Source of the DNA: Octopus bimaculoides
Lineage: Eukaryota
NCBI RefSeq assembly: GCF_001194135.2
Contig: NC_068988.1
Coordinates: 48,361,728 to 48,396,832, forward strand
Reading direction: 5' to 3'
DNA: 35,105 bases
A program made the position numbers and the translations under genes. Of the stretch, positions 21,889 to 34,421 are shown one piece after another. The first letter of the stretch is position 1. The number at the start of each line of letters is the position of its first letter. Under the pieces are notes generated by a model. The model was not told the DNA's origin, ran no database searches, and was given only the letters and a program-made list of their open reading frames with translations.

Positions 21889-22528
21889 ATGTGTTTATAT
21901 ATATTTATTTATTTTTGCGTGTGTAAGTGTGAGGGTATATATAGTGCCCTGATGTTTGTTTTGTTTTATCTCACTTAACTGATTAGATATCTTCCTGGCT
22001 TAGGACATTTCTTGGCTACAGCATGTCTGTGTTTTTTGTACGTCTTTATTGCCGGGTTTGGCTAGAAACTAATTAAGATGAATGTTTTGAAATAATACAC
22101 TCATTTAATCTCTGCTTCTCTCATGCTCGTTATAGCCACTCCGTCTAATTTCTAGATTTTTTAATTTTCTTCATTTTTAGAAATGCACTTATCCAAAGAT
22201 ATTCGTTGGCTTCTTCATCAAGGTAATATATCACCTGTTTAAAATTTTACTTGAAGATAGTGACTTATAGGCTATGATATAATCTATGTATACATCAATC
22301 AAATTCTACCGAAACAGCTCTCGTAAATTTTAATCTTCATTTCTGTTCTTTTTATATACACACGCCGCAATTAGAACCAACCTGAGTCGGATATACTGTT
22401 TAAATTGGATTTGGTACTTGCTTATGTGCAGTATTTTACCAGCATCTGACACCTTCGTGGTTATCTTACCTCACTTTGAACCTTATGTTTTTATAACTAG
22501 CCATTTCTGGTGAACAACGTGTTACCGA

Positions 22529-22634
22529 GATTCTAATGGGCCTGGATTCTAATGGGCCTGGATTCTAATGGGCCTGGATTCTAATGGGCCTGGATTCTAA
22601 TTGGCCTGGATTCTAATGGGCCTGGATTCTAATG
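22529..22634. repeat. 16-bp minisatellite (GATTCTAATGGGCCTG) x6.6
   Basis: Six full units, one with a G>T change, plus a 10-bp partial unit. Confidence 0.97.
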
Positions 22635-24943
22635 AATTCTATACTACAAGTAATCAATATATATATATTTATATATGTATTTTAATACTTTTGTGACAAC
22701 AAGTACTTNNNNNNNNNNNNNNNNNNNNNNNNNNNNNNNNNNNNNNNNNNNNNNNNNNNNNNNNNNNNNNNNNNNNNNNNNNNNNNNNNNNNNNNNNNNN
22801 NNNNNNNNNNNNNNNNNNNNNNNNNNNNNNNNNNNNNNNNNNNNNNNNNNNNNNNNNNNNNNNNNNNNNNNNNNNNNNNNNNNNNNNNNNNNNNATATAT
22901 ATATATATATATATAGCTTTCACTGAAATAATGAATATTCGCACACGAGATCTTAAAATAAAGGTACGACATACAATTTTCAGTGAATTATTTGCTGGAT
23001 CAGCTACCAAAAGCTATGAGCAATCAGGTCTGAGATCAAAGTCATTCTATCCATGATCATCCTATTTGGTTATTTTTATATATGTATTTTTCAAGTAGTG
23101 TTTTATTTAGGATATTATTATTCAATGTATGTCTTTCTGTAAAACACGAATGTTTAATTTTAAGAAGATTAGCTGCTATTTCTAGCTGGTAGACATTTAT
23201 ATAGGCGTTTCCTTTTCAGACAGTGGCCTACATATTGATGATATCCGTAATGTAGGTTGTGTATTAATATCATATAGAGACGCCGGTGACAGTAAAGATG
23301 ACTTGTGAAGTAGACATAAGTGTGGTGAATGTGTGCGCGTAAGGAAGTGAAGCAAACTGTTGGTGATGATGGTGGTGTTGTTGCTGAAGGTGGTTATGAT
23401 GTAGGTGGTGATACTAGAAATAGTTGCTGGGGATGGTAATGTTTATGGGGAAATGGAGGTGGAGAAGGGCTTTTCGAAAAGGAGGAAGAGCTTTGATCCT
23501 TCATAGCGCTCCAGTTAATCATCATGATCAACTGTTAAGTTCAGTGCACAGGCCTTGAAATTTTAACCTCTCCTGTTCAGCCAATCAGCATCTTTATTGA
23601 GGCGTGTAGCACAGGCAGTGTTGCATGCTGGTTAAAATGGCAATATCAGATGGTGTTGTTGCAAAGAGATCATTTTAGTCAAATAATTTATGAATAGAAA
23701 GTCTTAAGAGTATGTATGTATTTTATATGGACTTTCTGTATGTATGTATGTATGTATGTATGTATGTATGTATGTATGCATGTATGTACGTGTATGTAAA
23801 TATGCATGTATGTATGCATGCATGGATGAATGTATACATACACACGTATATGTATATATATGTATATATATATATATGGATATATATACATATATATACA
23901 TATGTATGTGTGTGTGTGCATGCGTAAGAATTTTATGAGTGTGTCCGTGCACAAACTCAGACACACTTACACACACACACGTACACACATATATGCGTGT
24001 GCTTGTATATATGTATATGTATGTGTATGTATAGGTGAGTATATGTAAAAGCAGAATATTATATTTGTGTACACTTATAGTTTGGCTTAGATAATTACAC
24101 ACAGAGATCTCTTTACAAGAATATATATCGTTAAATACGTGTGCACATGTATGCGTGTAAGTATATTTGCTAAGACTTGTTCGTGAGCTATTAGTAAGCT
24201 TCCACCAATTGTAAAGTATCGAAAACGTTATATCTCCGAGAATTGATATTATCTAATAAATTCTTTCGTTCAAGCAACCAATAGTTTTCGATCGGACTAT
24301 ATTTCTAAAGCAAATAAAATTAGTCTGACAGTCGCGGAATATTTAGTTTAAAAACTACTAAAAATATTTTTTCCTTTATAGTGGAACTCTTGCTGTGCTA
24401 TTTTAACATTTTTTAAGCATTAGATTATATATAAACGTAATGATGCTTTTCGCAGAATGATTTGGTTATTAACCTTCATTGTTATAAATATTTATTCTTT
24501 GTTTTATCCTATTGTATCACTTTCTTTCATTCACTTTTGAAAGCTAACAATTTATCAATATATACAAACCACAAATAAACCAAATGCTTAATTTCTTTCT
24601 TTTCCTTTTTACTTTTGTTTTTTCACTTTTGATAAGGTTGAAACTTTATCAAAACAACTGTTTTAACATTCCTGTTAGTTCATAATAAATTTATCGATAT
24701 ATACAAATCCCAAATTTATCCATAATTTATCGATATATGCACATTAATTTTTTGAGCCTAATTTTAATTGTAAATTTCACCGTGTAAAAACGAAGAAATA
24801 GATTTCAGTTTCAAATATTTTCATGACAGATTTACTATTCAATATTTGATTTAAACACAGTTTTTGGCGCCATTATCTCGTTCTCTCACTCTCTCCGTCC
24901 CCGCTCTCTCTGTGTCTTTCTCTTTCTTCCCCCTCTCTCTCTA

Positions 24944-24980
<37 letters not shown>

Positions 24981-25678
24981 CTTCCTCTCTTTCTCTCTCT
25001 ATCTCTCTTCCTCTCTTTCTCTCTCACTCTATCCATCTGTCTATCCCTCCCTCTCCTTTTTTTGTCTCCCCCACTTGTTCTTGCATTCAACCGGCTTTAT
25101 CCATTCTACTTACAATCCCATATTTCTGAGATGGGGAATTTATACATTATGCGTACTGTTTATATATTAACACTAGTGCTGTCCTTACATTCGTTTTTGT
25201 TTTCACTACGTTTCCGCTGTTGTATGCTCCAGGCTTCCTCANNNNNNNNNNNNNNNNNNNNNNNNNNNNNNNNNNNNNNNNNNNNNNNNNNNNNNNNNNN
25301 NNNNNNNNNNNNNNNNNNNNNNNNNNNNNNNNNNNNNNNNNNNNNNNNNNNNNNNNNNNNNNNNNNNNNNNNNNNNNNNNNNNNNNNNNNNNNNNNNNNN
25401 NNNNNNNNNNNNNNNNNNNNNNNNNNNNNNNNNNNNNNNNNNNNNNNNNNNNNNNNNNNNNNNNNNNNNNNNNNNNNNNNNNNNNNNNNNNNNNNNNNNN
25501 NNNNNNNNNNNNNNNNNNNNNNNNNNNNNNNNNNNNNNNNNNNNNNNNNNNNNNNNNNNNNNNNNNNNNNNNNNNNNNNNNNNNNCACAATCAGGAATTT
25601 AAAATGCCATCCTAAAAATGTTTGATTCCCTAAATATATAATCACATCTAAAATTTTAATTTTGCACTGTTCGAAACA

Positions 25679-25732
<54 letters not shown>

Positions 25733-25959
25733 CACACATGTATACATTCGATGTAAACGAAGAAGTTTGTTTTCGAAGCGTTGAAATGTATTGTAGAACA
25801 AGTAGAAAGACAAATTTTAATCAACGCGTAGACACTGAACAACATATATATAAAGGATAAAAATCTTTTCTTCCTTAAAAATTTGTCGGCCGCCAAACAA
25901 CTCCATGCTTGAGGATTCAGTCTCTTTGTTTAGCATCATGGGTGAATGTCATGTACTAC

Positions 25960-26420
25960 TATAGCTCCGGGTTATAGTAGATGGTGTTGCTTTCTTCGGC
26001 TAAACTCTTCAAGGTGATTCTGGAGGAAGATGGGTGCATTTGCCTGTTTGTGTTTGCTACATCAGCAAACCTTTTGCTTTTATTTTTGTTTTTGTTGTCG
26101 TCGTCGTTGATGTTGTTGTTGTTACTGATGCTGTTGTTGTTGTTGGTGGTGGTGATGGTGATGGTGGTAGATTTGTAGCCACTTCCACTGTTGCTACTCT
26201 CACTAATATTTTTACCTTTATTTCCTTCCACTCTGCTTTCAATTATAGCATTATTTTTCCCGCTAATTCGTAGCATTGTCTCTGTTACTACTGTCACTGC
26301 CACTGCTTCTGTTGCTGCTGTTGCTGTGTCTCACGTTGCTGCTGCTACCACTCCTTCTACTACTACTGCTGCTGCTGCTGCTGCCACTGCTGCTGTTGGT
26401 GGACTTTGCTGAGGTGGACT
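25960..26420. repeat. Degenerate trinucleotide tracts (GTT/GGT/GCT/ACT)
   Basis: Directly visible. They give low-complexity pseudo-ORFs in several frames. Confidence 0.8.
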
Positions 26421-26753
26421 TTGTACTTTTCTCCCTGTGCTTTCTCCTCCCATTTTCATATATTGATGCCACTAAAAGAAGGAAGTGGAGGTAAATTCTC
26501 ATCAGTCACTGGACCTGCGGAATGGGTAGTTTTTTCTTAACTCTTTCAAGGTGGGCTCCGCCATCTTGTTGGATTATATATGATTAAACGCCCACCGAAC
26601 TGATTTGGGGAGCCAAATATAGCCCCGTAAAGGGCCAAACAAACACCGAAACTCAATGACAGGTTCCTGGTATTTCTATTAATAACTTGGAACAAATGTA
26701 AAAGGACTTACTTGGAGCGTTCGAAACACGTCCGAGGTACTTTGCAGCAAATA

Positions 26754-26830
26754 TAATAATAATAATAATAATAATAATGATGATGATGATGATAATAATA
26801 ATAGTAATAATAATTATATCATTATTAATA
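26754..26830. repeat. (AAT)n/(GAT)n microsatellite
   Basis: Directly visible. Confidence 0.9.
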
Positions 26831-28499
26831 TTAAACTTTAAATTTAGTCAGCATGTTGCAGAATTCTATTTGTGCAAATATTTTTTTCTTTTTCAAATCT
26901 TTCTGTAAAATGAATTTTTGTGCGCATGGAATTTGCTAATTTTGATCCAACATTTGTCTCATGGTTTATATAACCGTATTTCTGTTTTAATCAGGCCTGG
27001 ATCAAACTGCTGTGCCCAACACCACCATCACCACTCTTTCACAACAATTATTGTAAAGAAGGATATTAAATATAAATTAGGAATTTTAATGAAATAAACT
27101 TATCGAAACTCCTCTAGGCTTAGATGTATTTAGAAATATTCAGGAAAGAAAACTTATTGAATCTTTATAAATTTGGATGAAAGAAAAACAAAATTTTGAA
27201 GTTAATGAAAATCCAATACATTTTCCTTTGATGAAGTTCCTAAAAATATTTTCCTGTTCTCCGTTTAAATGCACTTTTGTTGGCGAGGAGGTTTGCAGGT
27301 TCGCCTGCTTTAATTTAATTCTAGTATGCTTTCCTTTTCTGAAGTTAAACATATTAGTAAGATTTTATTCTATACTACTTCGCTTAGTTGTTCCATCAAA
27401 TAAAATATCAGTGAACAATTCTTGTATTATATGATGCAATTTGGAAATAAATTCATTAAATTCTGTTCAAACGTTATTATTAATAATGTTGCATAAAATG
27501 ATTAAATTAATATTTATTTAATTACAAAACTAGATAAATTATAAGTACTTCAATTGAAAACAAGGAAATTTTTACATTAACACTCATGTAGGTCACATTG
27601 TTACTGTTTTAACTTCAGTTTTTGGAAATGTACCAACAGTTTGTAGCTTTTGTATAGATGAATAGACCTGCCATCCATTTTATAGCTTTTACTTGTAATT
27701 AGAATATCTCAATGACAATCATTCACTTAAACATTACCTCAACTTTTAAGTTCAATTATTAGGTGGAACTTATATCTATGCGCACATATACCAACCACCC
27801 AAGATGCCAGAGATATTTTCTTCATGCCCATCAACATTTCAAGGCAGCATAAATTTTAATTTTAAAGTATGAATACTAGCGTTCGAGCATAGTTTAAAAT
27901 CTATTTGCATTTAAGAATTTTTTTTTTTTTTGCAAAAATATTTGATATTACAAAACTACGATATTTTATTCATAAGATAATAACTTGATCGTCTCTTAAC
28001 ATGAAGCTGCAATATATGATTATGGGGAATTCGAAACTTGACCGTTCTATTTCATTTCAGAATGCCTTTTTTCTAATAATCATACAACCGATTTGTAAAA
28101 CCAACAAAAACGAATGTTACATTGACCAAGCGAAACCTGAACATTTTACTTCTGAAAATATTGTGTTACATATGCTGCTATTTTATGTAAATGTTGCCTC
28201 GCACAAATGGCAGCTCTGCCTCCACTTTAAGTTGATTTTGTTGAACTCTTTATGAAAGTTATGATCTATATTAAGAAAGAAAAACTCAAATTAGTCGAAC
28301 TAGATTTAATATGAGCTCAAACCAAGCGAGTACATGAGCAAGTGCTTTAAAACGGAGCAAACAATGCTTGGATAACTGGAGTCGCAGTAAATAACGTAAC
28401 TGAAGATGAAACTTAGCAAGTATGAGATTAGAAACTATAAACGCATTGAAAAAAATAACAGTCAGGACCCATAGAATGAAGGTTATAAAGATGATATCC

Positions 28500-29510
28500 C
28501 ACTTTTTGATGAACATATAAAAGAAATAAATGCCCAGCTGCCAAAATTCCAAAATAATCAGAAAAATGAATACAAGATTAAAACGTAAAATACAGCAATG
28601 AAAGAAATACTATAAGAAGGTGAAATTGATCTAACAACCATCAATAGCTTTATATGCTTTATGACAAAAACTTTGATAAAAACAAAATCAGATTTGAAGA
28701 ATAAGAATATCTAACATGTAACAAACGGCTAAAGTGAAAAGTCAAAATGCGAACAGAAAATCTGAGAGCAGAATTTCTCATTGTGGATCAGCTTTGGAAA
28801 CAAATAAATGTCAAAAGCAAGAAAACTTAATAGAAATAAAAGAGATCAGATGAAAATGCTTCAGTACCATGAAGGAGACCCTGAAACACCGGATACGACA
28901 CAGAACACAAAGGATTACACGATATGAAAAAACTAAGTTTCAAAGACAAAATATTTTTTAATCACAAAGAAATTTTACGGAGAAATGGAGAACTTAGCAA
29001 TAGTGATACTGTATCCACCTTATATGATTGAAGTTTACGAACTTTGGAAGAATATCTGAAGTACCTCCAAAGAGTATGAGAAAATTAAATCAAAAGGGAG
29101 AATGAAAGGACGAAAGATGTGGAACAACAACAAAGGGTGAAGTGGTAGAGCGGACTATAATATACAATGTACCAATTGCGGAAAACACGAGAAACCGTGG
29201 CGCCGAAGAACTATAAACCTGTTATATGTCTTACTGCGACTTAGAAAATTCTGATTTCAATACTTATTGAAAAATGTACAATTTTCCTGAGGAAATCACG
29301 ATCATTCTACAAGAAAGAAGAGAACGGAAATGGAATTCCAGTGTATATAGGACCGATTGTTGAATAGCGGAGTAACACATGCAAAAATAAAAATTTAAGT
29401 AAAGTAAGATGTGACTCCTGAAAAAATTCCGACAATATTCCTTTTGAGTAGATATTGAAAGCCTTAGAGGCATACGAGATGCATTCTAGAAATTTTGAGA
29501 CCTTTTAGAA
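28500..29510 (+). mobile_element. Heavily decayed R4/Dong-like LINE fragment (pre-RT region plus RT start)
   Basis: Broken motifs: MKETLKHRI..QRITRYEK..FQRQN..KKFYGEM, VYELWKNI, KNYKPVICLTAT (cf. NYRPITCL), and remnants resembling the EQKG..DQLL..NLS..DY.KAFD.IP..ILKAL segment of RT. Confidence 0.65.
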
Positions 29511-29689
29511 GAGGCAGTTTGAACTGTCTTAGACTACTGGAATTTTAATATATCATAACTATACATCTAACAGTCTGATATGCTAACTGTTTTACTATCA
29601 CATTAGACACACTACTAAATACTATATTTATCACAGCTAACTACTTCGCGGAATGCAGTCAGGATGTGAAGGCAATTTAGAAACTTGAT

Positions 29690-30450
29690 ATGCGATAAAG
29701 TTTTGTGTTAGACTGAGCAAAATGCTACAGAAACTTACAAAATGCTCCAAACTGTTTATCGATTAACTTGCATGAGCCGACCATCTGTTTTTGATTGGCA
29801 CAAGAGATTCAAGGACGGTAGGGAGGAAGTGAAAATTAATGAGAGATGCGGGAGATAGAGAGATGCCAGAATGTCAGAGGTGATTGAGAAAATTAGCAAT
29901 TTTCTGGTTTTCTGCTTGAAGACCGTCGTGTGTCTATAAAGGCAAAAAGCATCGTGTATAGAGTTAGTCGGGAAACTGTACACAATTATTCATGATGATC
30001 TGGACATGAGAGAAATTTGTACAAAGTTTGCTCCCAGGGTGGTCAGTAATGATCAAAAGGAAATACGCGTAGGTGACAGTAGGGAGATTGTTAAACACAT
30101 GGTTGAATTCAGCACCTTCTATCCAAGAGCACTTGAATCCCTGGTGATCAATGAGGAGAGCTAGATCTACTTTTGTAAACAAGAAACCAAAATAAAGAGG
30201 GCCCAGTGAAAGCATTATGGCTTCCCAGAGAGAAGAACGCCAAGTAGAGCATGTCTACCGGAAGCTCATGATGACTCCTTATTTCGACGGCAAGGGTATC
30301 ATCTATGTCCCTCTGACCAGGCAGTCGGCAAAGGGTACTTTGTTGAGGCTTTGAGAGAGTAAAAGAAGCTTAGTGGTAATCGTTTTGAAGACATTAAAAT
30401 GAAGGAAACTCTGACAAAAGTTCTGGACACCTTTATTTTGGATGACTTCT
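29690..30450 (+). mobile_element. Decayed mariner transposase remnant
   Basis: Across frameshifts: AIKFCVRL..NATETYKMLQTVY..MSRPSVF.WHKRFKDGREEV, LLEDRRVSIK, DDLDMREICTKFAPRV, ES*IYF.KQETK, and KLMM..FDGKGII. Confidence 0.85.
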
Positions 30451-30460
30451 ACATTAGTGG

Positions 30461-30567
30461 CCCCGAAAGGAAGAAAGGCAAGGTTGACCTTGGTAGGATT
30501 TGAACTAAGAAATTAAAGAGTCGAAAGAAATATCACTAAGCATTTTTTTCCAGGCGGTAACGATTCT
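30461..30567 (-). mobile_element. Degenerate SINE family A fragment
   Basis: CCCCGAAAGGAAGAAAGGCAAGGTTGACCTTGGTAGGATTTGAACT..CTAAGCATTT..AACGATTCT parallels 3777-3880. Confidence 0.7.
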
Positions 30568-30601
30568 TCTAGTAGAGAACACATTAAATACTCCTTGAAT
30601 A

Positions 30602-30643
30602 TGCGCAGAGGCCATGCTAATCTTTTCTGTAGCTTTCCAATTT
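30602..30643 (-). pseudogene. U6 snRNA internal fragment
   Basis: The reverse complement AAATTGGAAAGCTACAGAAAAGATTAGCATGGCCTCTGCGCA matches U6 at 38 of 42 nt. The ACAGAGA box is mutated to ACAGAAA. Confidence 0.8.
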
Positions 30644-33329
30644 GATTTTATGCATTACTAATCATACTGGAACAGCAGTAGCGGCTGGGCAGATTTTCGG
30701 TATCTCCATCAAATCGGCAGCTGAAGAAATAGATATACAAACTCACCTCAGCCGTCAAAATGAAAATTTGTCCAAAAGAAAACCTCAAAATCTTCAAAAT
30801 CTGCTCTCTTTCATTACAAGAAAACTGTTAAGCACCTCAGACTATCTAACTAGAGAAATGGTTTTAGAAATTCAGAATCTACCGTTTTCTGTTAATTCAT
30901 AATTTCTTCTGGCTACTCGAACACAAGCACCTGTTCTCTTTCATCACGAAGGAAATTTTGAGACACTCCAGGCAGCATTTGTTTCGCTGCATAATTCAAA
31001 ATGCAAAACAATTTCAAAATTCAAAACACTTTTCTAGAACTTAAAACATCTACAAAAGCTGAACAGTTGAAATCATAACAAACCACACAGTTACCAAAGC
31101 TGTAAACGGCAGCCAATATTTTAACAAAACTTAGAAAACTATTAAATTCCTCCAAACCTATTTATACCACTGTAAAAAACAAACATGAAACGATGTAAAC
31201 GCAGCTATGATGTATTTATTTATTTATTTCTCTATCCGTGATGACAAATACAAACAGTAATCGGTAGAACAAGTTAGTCAATTCTTTTTCATGATTCACT
31301 GTAAAACCGTTAAACGCCACCAACAGCACTTTATACTATCACAAAACATACCTATTAAATATTGTAAATACAGCAATGATGCACTGATGCATATATTTAT
31401 TTTATTTATCTATTCGGGAAGACGAATAGAAACAGCAAGTGAAAAGAATTAGCCTGTTTGTCTTCATGGCTCGTTTCTACTAGCAAATCTAACAACACTT
31501 CTAAATAGTGAAAACAGTAAACAACAGTGATTCCTGTAGCTTCTGTTACATATTTTGATCTTCTTTTGACCTTGCAAGTCAGCTCAGCCAGTTGTATAAA
31601 AAAATCAAACGACAAAAACAGATTCTAAATTTTAGTCCCTTTTCTCCAATAACATAATCTCTTTTTTGCTCCGGCATATTTCTACTGAATCTATTAATGG
31701 CATCTAGACACCCCTGCCTATCTGTCAGTCTCTCTGTCTGTTTGTTTCCTGTCTGTTTCTCCCGCTCTTCATCTGTCTCCTTTTATCTACCTATGACCGT
31801 TGTGATCCCAATATATAGGTGCTGCCGTCTACAAATATCTAATAATGACACCAGCAAGAAATCTTGTTAGCATATGACCTTCAGTTAATAGACCCAATTA
31901 TAACTACACCCATATATAGATATACAGGCTTACAAATGGCACTACTAAAGTCAAATAGAAAAGCACTTTATGCAACTGAGACGCATGTAATTGAATCGTG
32001 TATCATGATGCTTGAAATCCGTATAAAATTATAAAATATTATCATTTAGTATCAAAATTAATCTAATGATTACTTACGATAAGAAAAAATGACTGGGTTT
32101 GCCACCGAGGAACCTCACCTATTCATCCAAACACTATTAAGGTATTCCCTGAGTGATAAGGGTAATATGCAGGTATATAAGAAATGCCTAGTAAAGGAAA
32201 ACATAACATATGAGATTCGTTCAGAAAATAGCTCTGCATTTCCTAGATCAAACTAACGTTGAATCGAAAAACTTGTTAATGGTTTGATCCCTGTCCAAAA
32301 TACAAACATGAAAGATCCCTTTTAACAGGATACCGCCAAAAACTGATCCGTTATGCATATCATCTTTATCTGAAAAAGCTACAACAATACAAATATGGAT
32401 GTCCTAGAGGTCAATAATGTCCATTGCATAGATCTGATACCAAAAAAATGTTAATTAATTAAACTACAAGAAAACCTTTGCCGATATATAATCATAGGTA
32501 GCAATAAACTAATTTTCACATAAACAACGTAACCAATAACCTACTAACTGACATTGATAGTCAATAGATGCTATATATGTTCAGGCTAATTGTCATACAA
32601 ATGTGAATCTAAATAACGATTCAAAACATCTCTCTGCTGTAGAAGTGGAACCTAGTACGTGAAATACCCTGATTGAGATGTTTGGAGAAATAGTCACTGA
32701 TGCGGGTGCCCAGAAGACTAATTATAGAGCACGGGGAGACGCAGACACAGAATTTAACAATCTTGTGACAGAAATTCTGTTAGAGTGGATAGGTGGATAG
32801 GGTAAACTGAACTGTGAGATTTCAATGACGTTCCAAAGATCCACAACCTAATCCAATCTGCTTAACAGGTATGATAAATGTGCATATGAAATCCATTTTG
32901 AATGAAAATGAAGTTTAACTTTCCCCACTGAATAGTCTAATCTTCGCTACACACTCCAAAATTACTGCAATGTTTGGTATTGAAGTTAAGGGAATCCTTA
33001 TACATATACACAGTAATCCTGCAAAGCAAGAATTAGAAATGAATTTAATGTACTGAGATCAGTTATGGACATAGTCAAAAACATCTATAAAGACACAAAG
33101 AATGTTATGGTACACAAAGCTAAGGAGGCAAAAAGAAAATATTTCATGAAACGGATATGTGGACTCAATGAAATAATAATTAAAAAAAACGAAAAATAAA
33201 AGAAAATCAAGCAACTAATCCGAGCCAAAACATCATGTATGAAGTGGCTCGCAAAAGATCAGATTTCTTCAAGTATGGTATTATGTCCGAAACAAATTTG
33301 TACAGAAAAATCGCAATGGATATTACAAC

Positions 33330-34200
33330 TGTTAATTACAACACGTTTCCAAATAATTTGGAAATTCAGTTATGATGAACCTCTTTGCTCTAAATTAAAA
33401 CATCTTTGCTGTTTCAGCATCTGGCACACTGTTTCCCTGATATTCATCCTCATTTATCAGATGTATGTAAAACTTACATTGTTTCCGGAGAACCTGTTCT
33501 GCAGTGATTAGTTTTTTTTTGTTGGTATCAACGACACTTTTTGCTTTACCTAATATTGCTTATTTCTTATTTTACTACCTGTAATCTCTTGTGTCTACTG
33601 TGCATTCTTTCAAGGTCGTCCTTGTGTCTTTCTTTCATCTTCTTTTCTGTTATTGCTTTTATCCTTCCAAGATCTATCATCAGCTGTTCAACTTTGGTTA
33701 CCAGAATTCGCTTACAATATAGGATTTTATCCCTTAGTTTTGTTTGACATTTTAACCCCAACGATTTTCGTTTTGACTACATTGCATGGTATACGAGGTC
33801 GTTTAGATCTGATATATTTTCAGCAAAAATATTTGTGAACAATTTTCCTTGTCCTTTACTCGTTTTAGTTTTCCTTTACCGACTATTCGCAAAACTGGTA
33901 GGCTCTTCCTTTCACTACTTCCTCTCTCATTTGAACTGTGTAATAAGAACATTGCTTCCCCTATAACACTCTTTCCTTCCAAGGAGAAAATCACTTTATA
34001 TCCTAAGTGTTATTTCTCTCCTAGTTCGATTTTCTCTTTTGTTCTACTTTCTCTGGTGTAGTTCAACCATTGTAGACATCTCCCTCAATTCCAACTGGAA
34101 TTGCTGTTGAATATTGCCGATTAAATTTTTCCCGTCTAGAAATCGTTATCCTGTGAAAGGGAACATGCTATGTCTTTCTCTGTTCATAATTTATTCATGC
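33330..34200 (-). mobile_element. Decayed R4/Dong-like LINE N-terminal region
   Basis: Minus-strand remnants ERKSLPVLR..KLKRV..ENISDLNDLVY, ILGKAK, QNRF and VPDAETAKMF resemble the pre-RT region of R4/Dong ORFs. Confidence 0.55.
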
Positions 34201-34241
34201 TTTCCTTGCATCTTATTTTGATAGAATTTCCCTCTTTAATA

Positions 34242-34350
34242 GCCGACCGGAGGCTATAGTAGAAGATATTTGCCCAAGATGCCACGCAGTGGGACTGAGT
34301 CCGGAACCATGTGGTTGGTAAGCAAGCTACCTACCACACAGCCACTCCTG
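34242..34350 (-). mobile_element. SINE family B head fragment
   Basis: Reverse complement CAGGAGTGGCTGTGTGGTAGGTAGCTTGCTTACCAACCACATGGTTCCGGACTCAGTCCCACTGCGTGGCATCTTGGGCAAATATCTTCTACTATAGCC is homologous to 20765-20878. Confidence 0.85.
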
Positions 34351-34421
34351 GTATTGCAATATCTATGACCTTAGTTTCCTTTTTATAGTTGTTGTTGTTA
34401 TTATTATCATTATTATTATTC

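Noticed and set aside
22529-22634. Possible CRISPR-like array
   Set aside because: The units are directly adjacent with no unique spacers, and the context is eukaryotic. It is a plain minisatellite.
24549-24740. Three copies of an AATTTATCGATATAT motif
   Set aside because: Short, AT-rich and degenerate, most likely local slippage.
34242-34350. tRNA gene
   Set aside because: It is the tRNA-like head of SINE family B, with no convincing cloverleaf and a CORE-like segment following.
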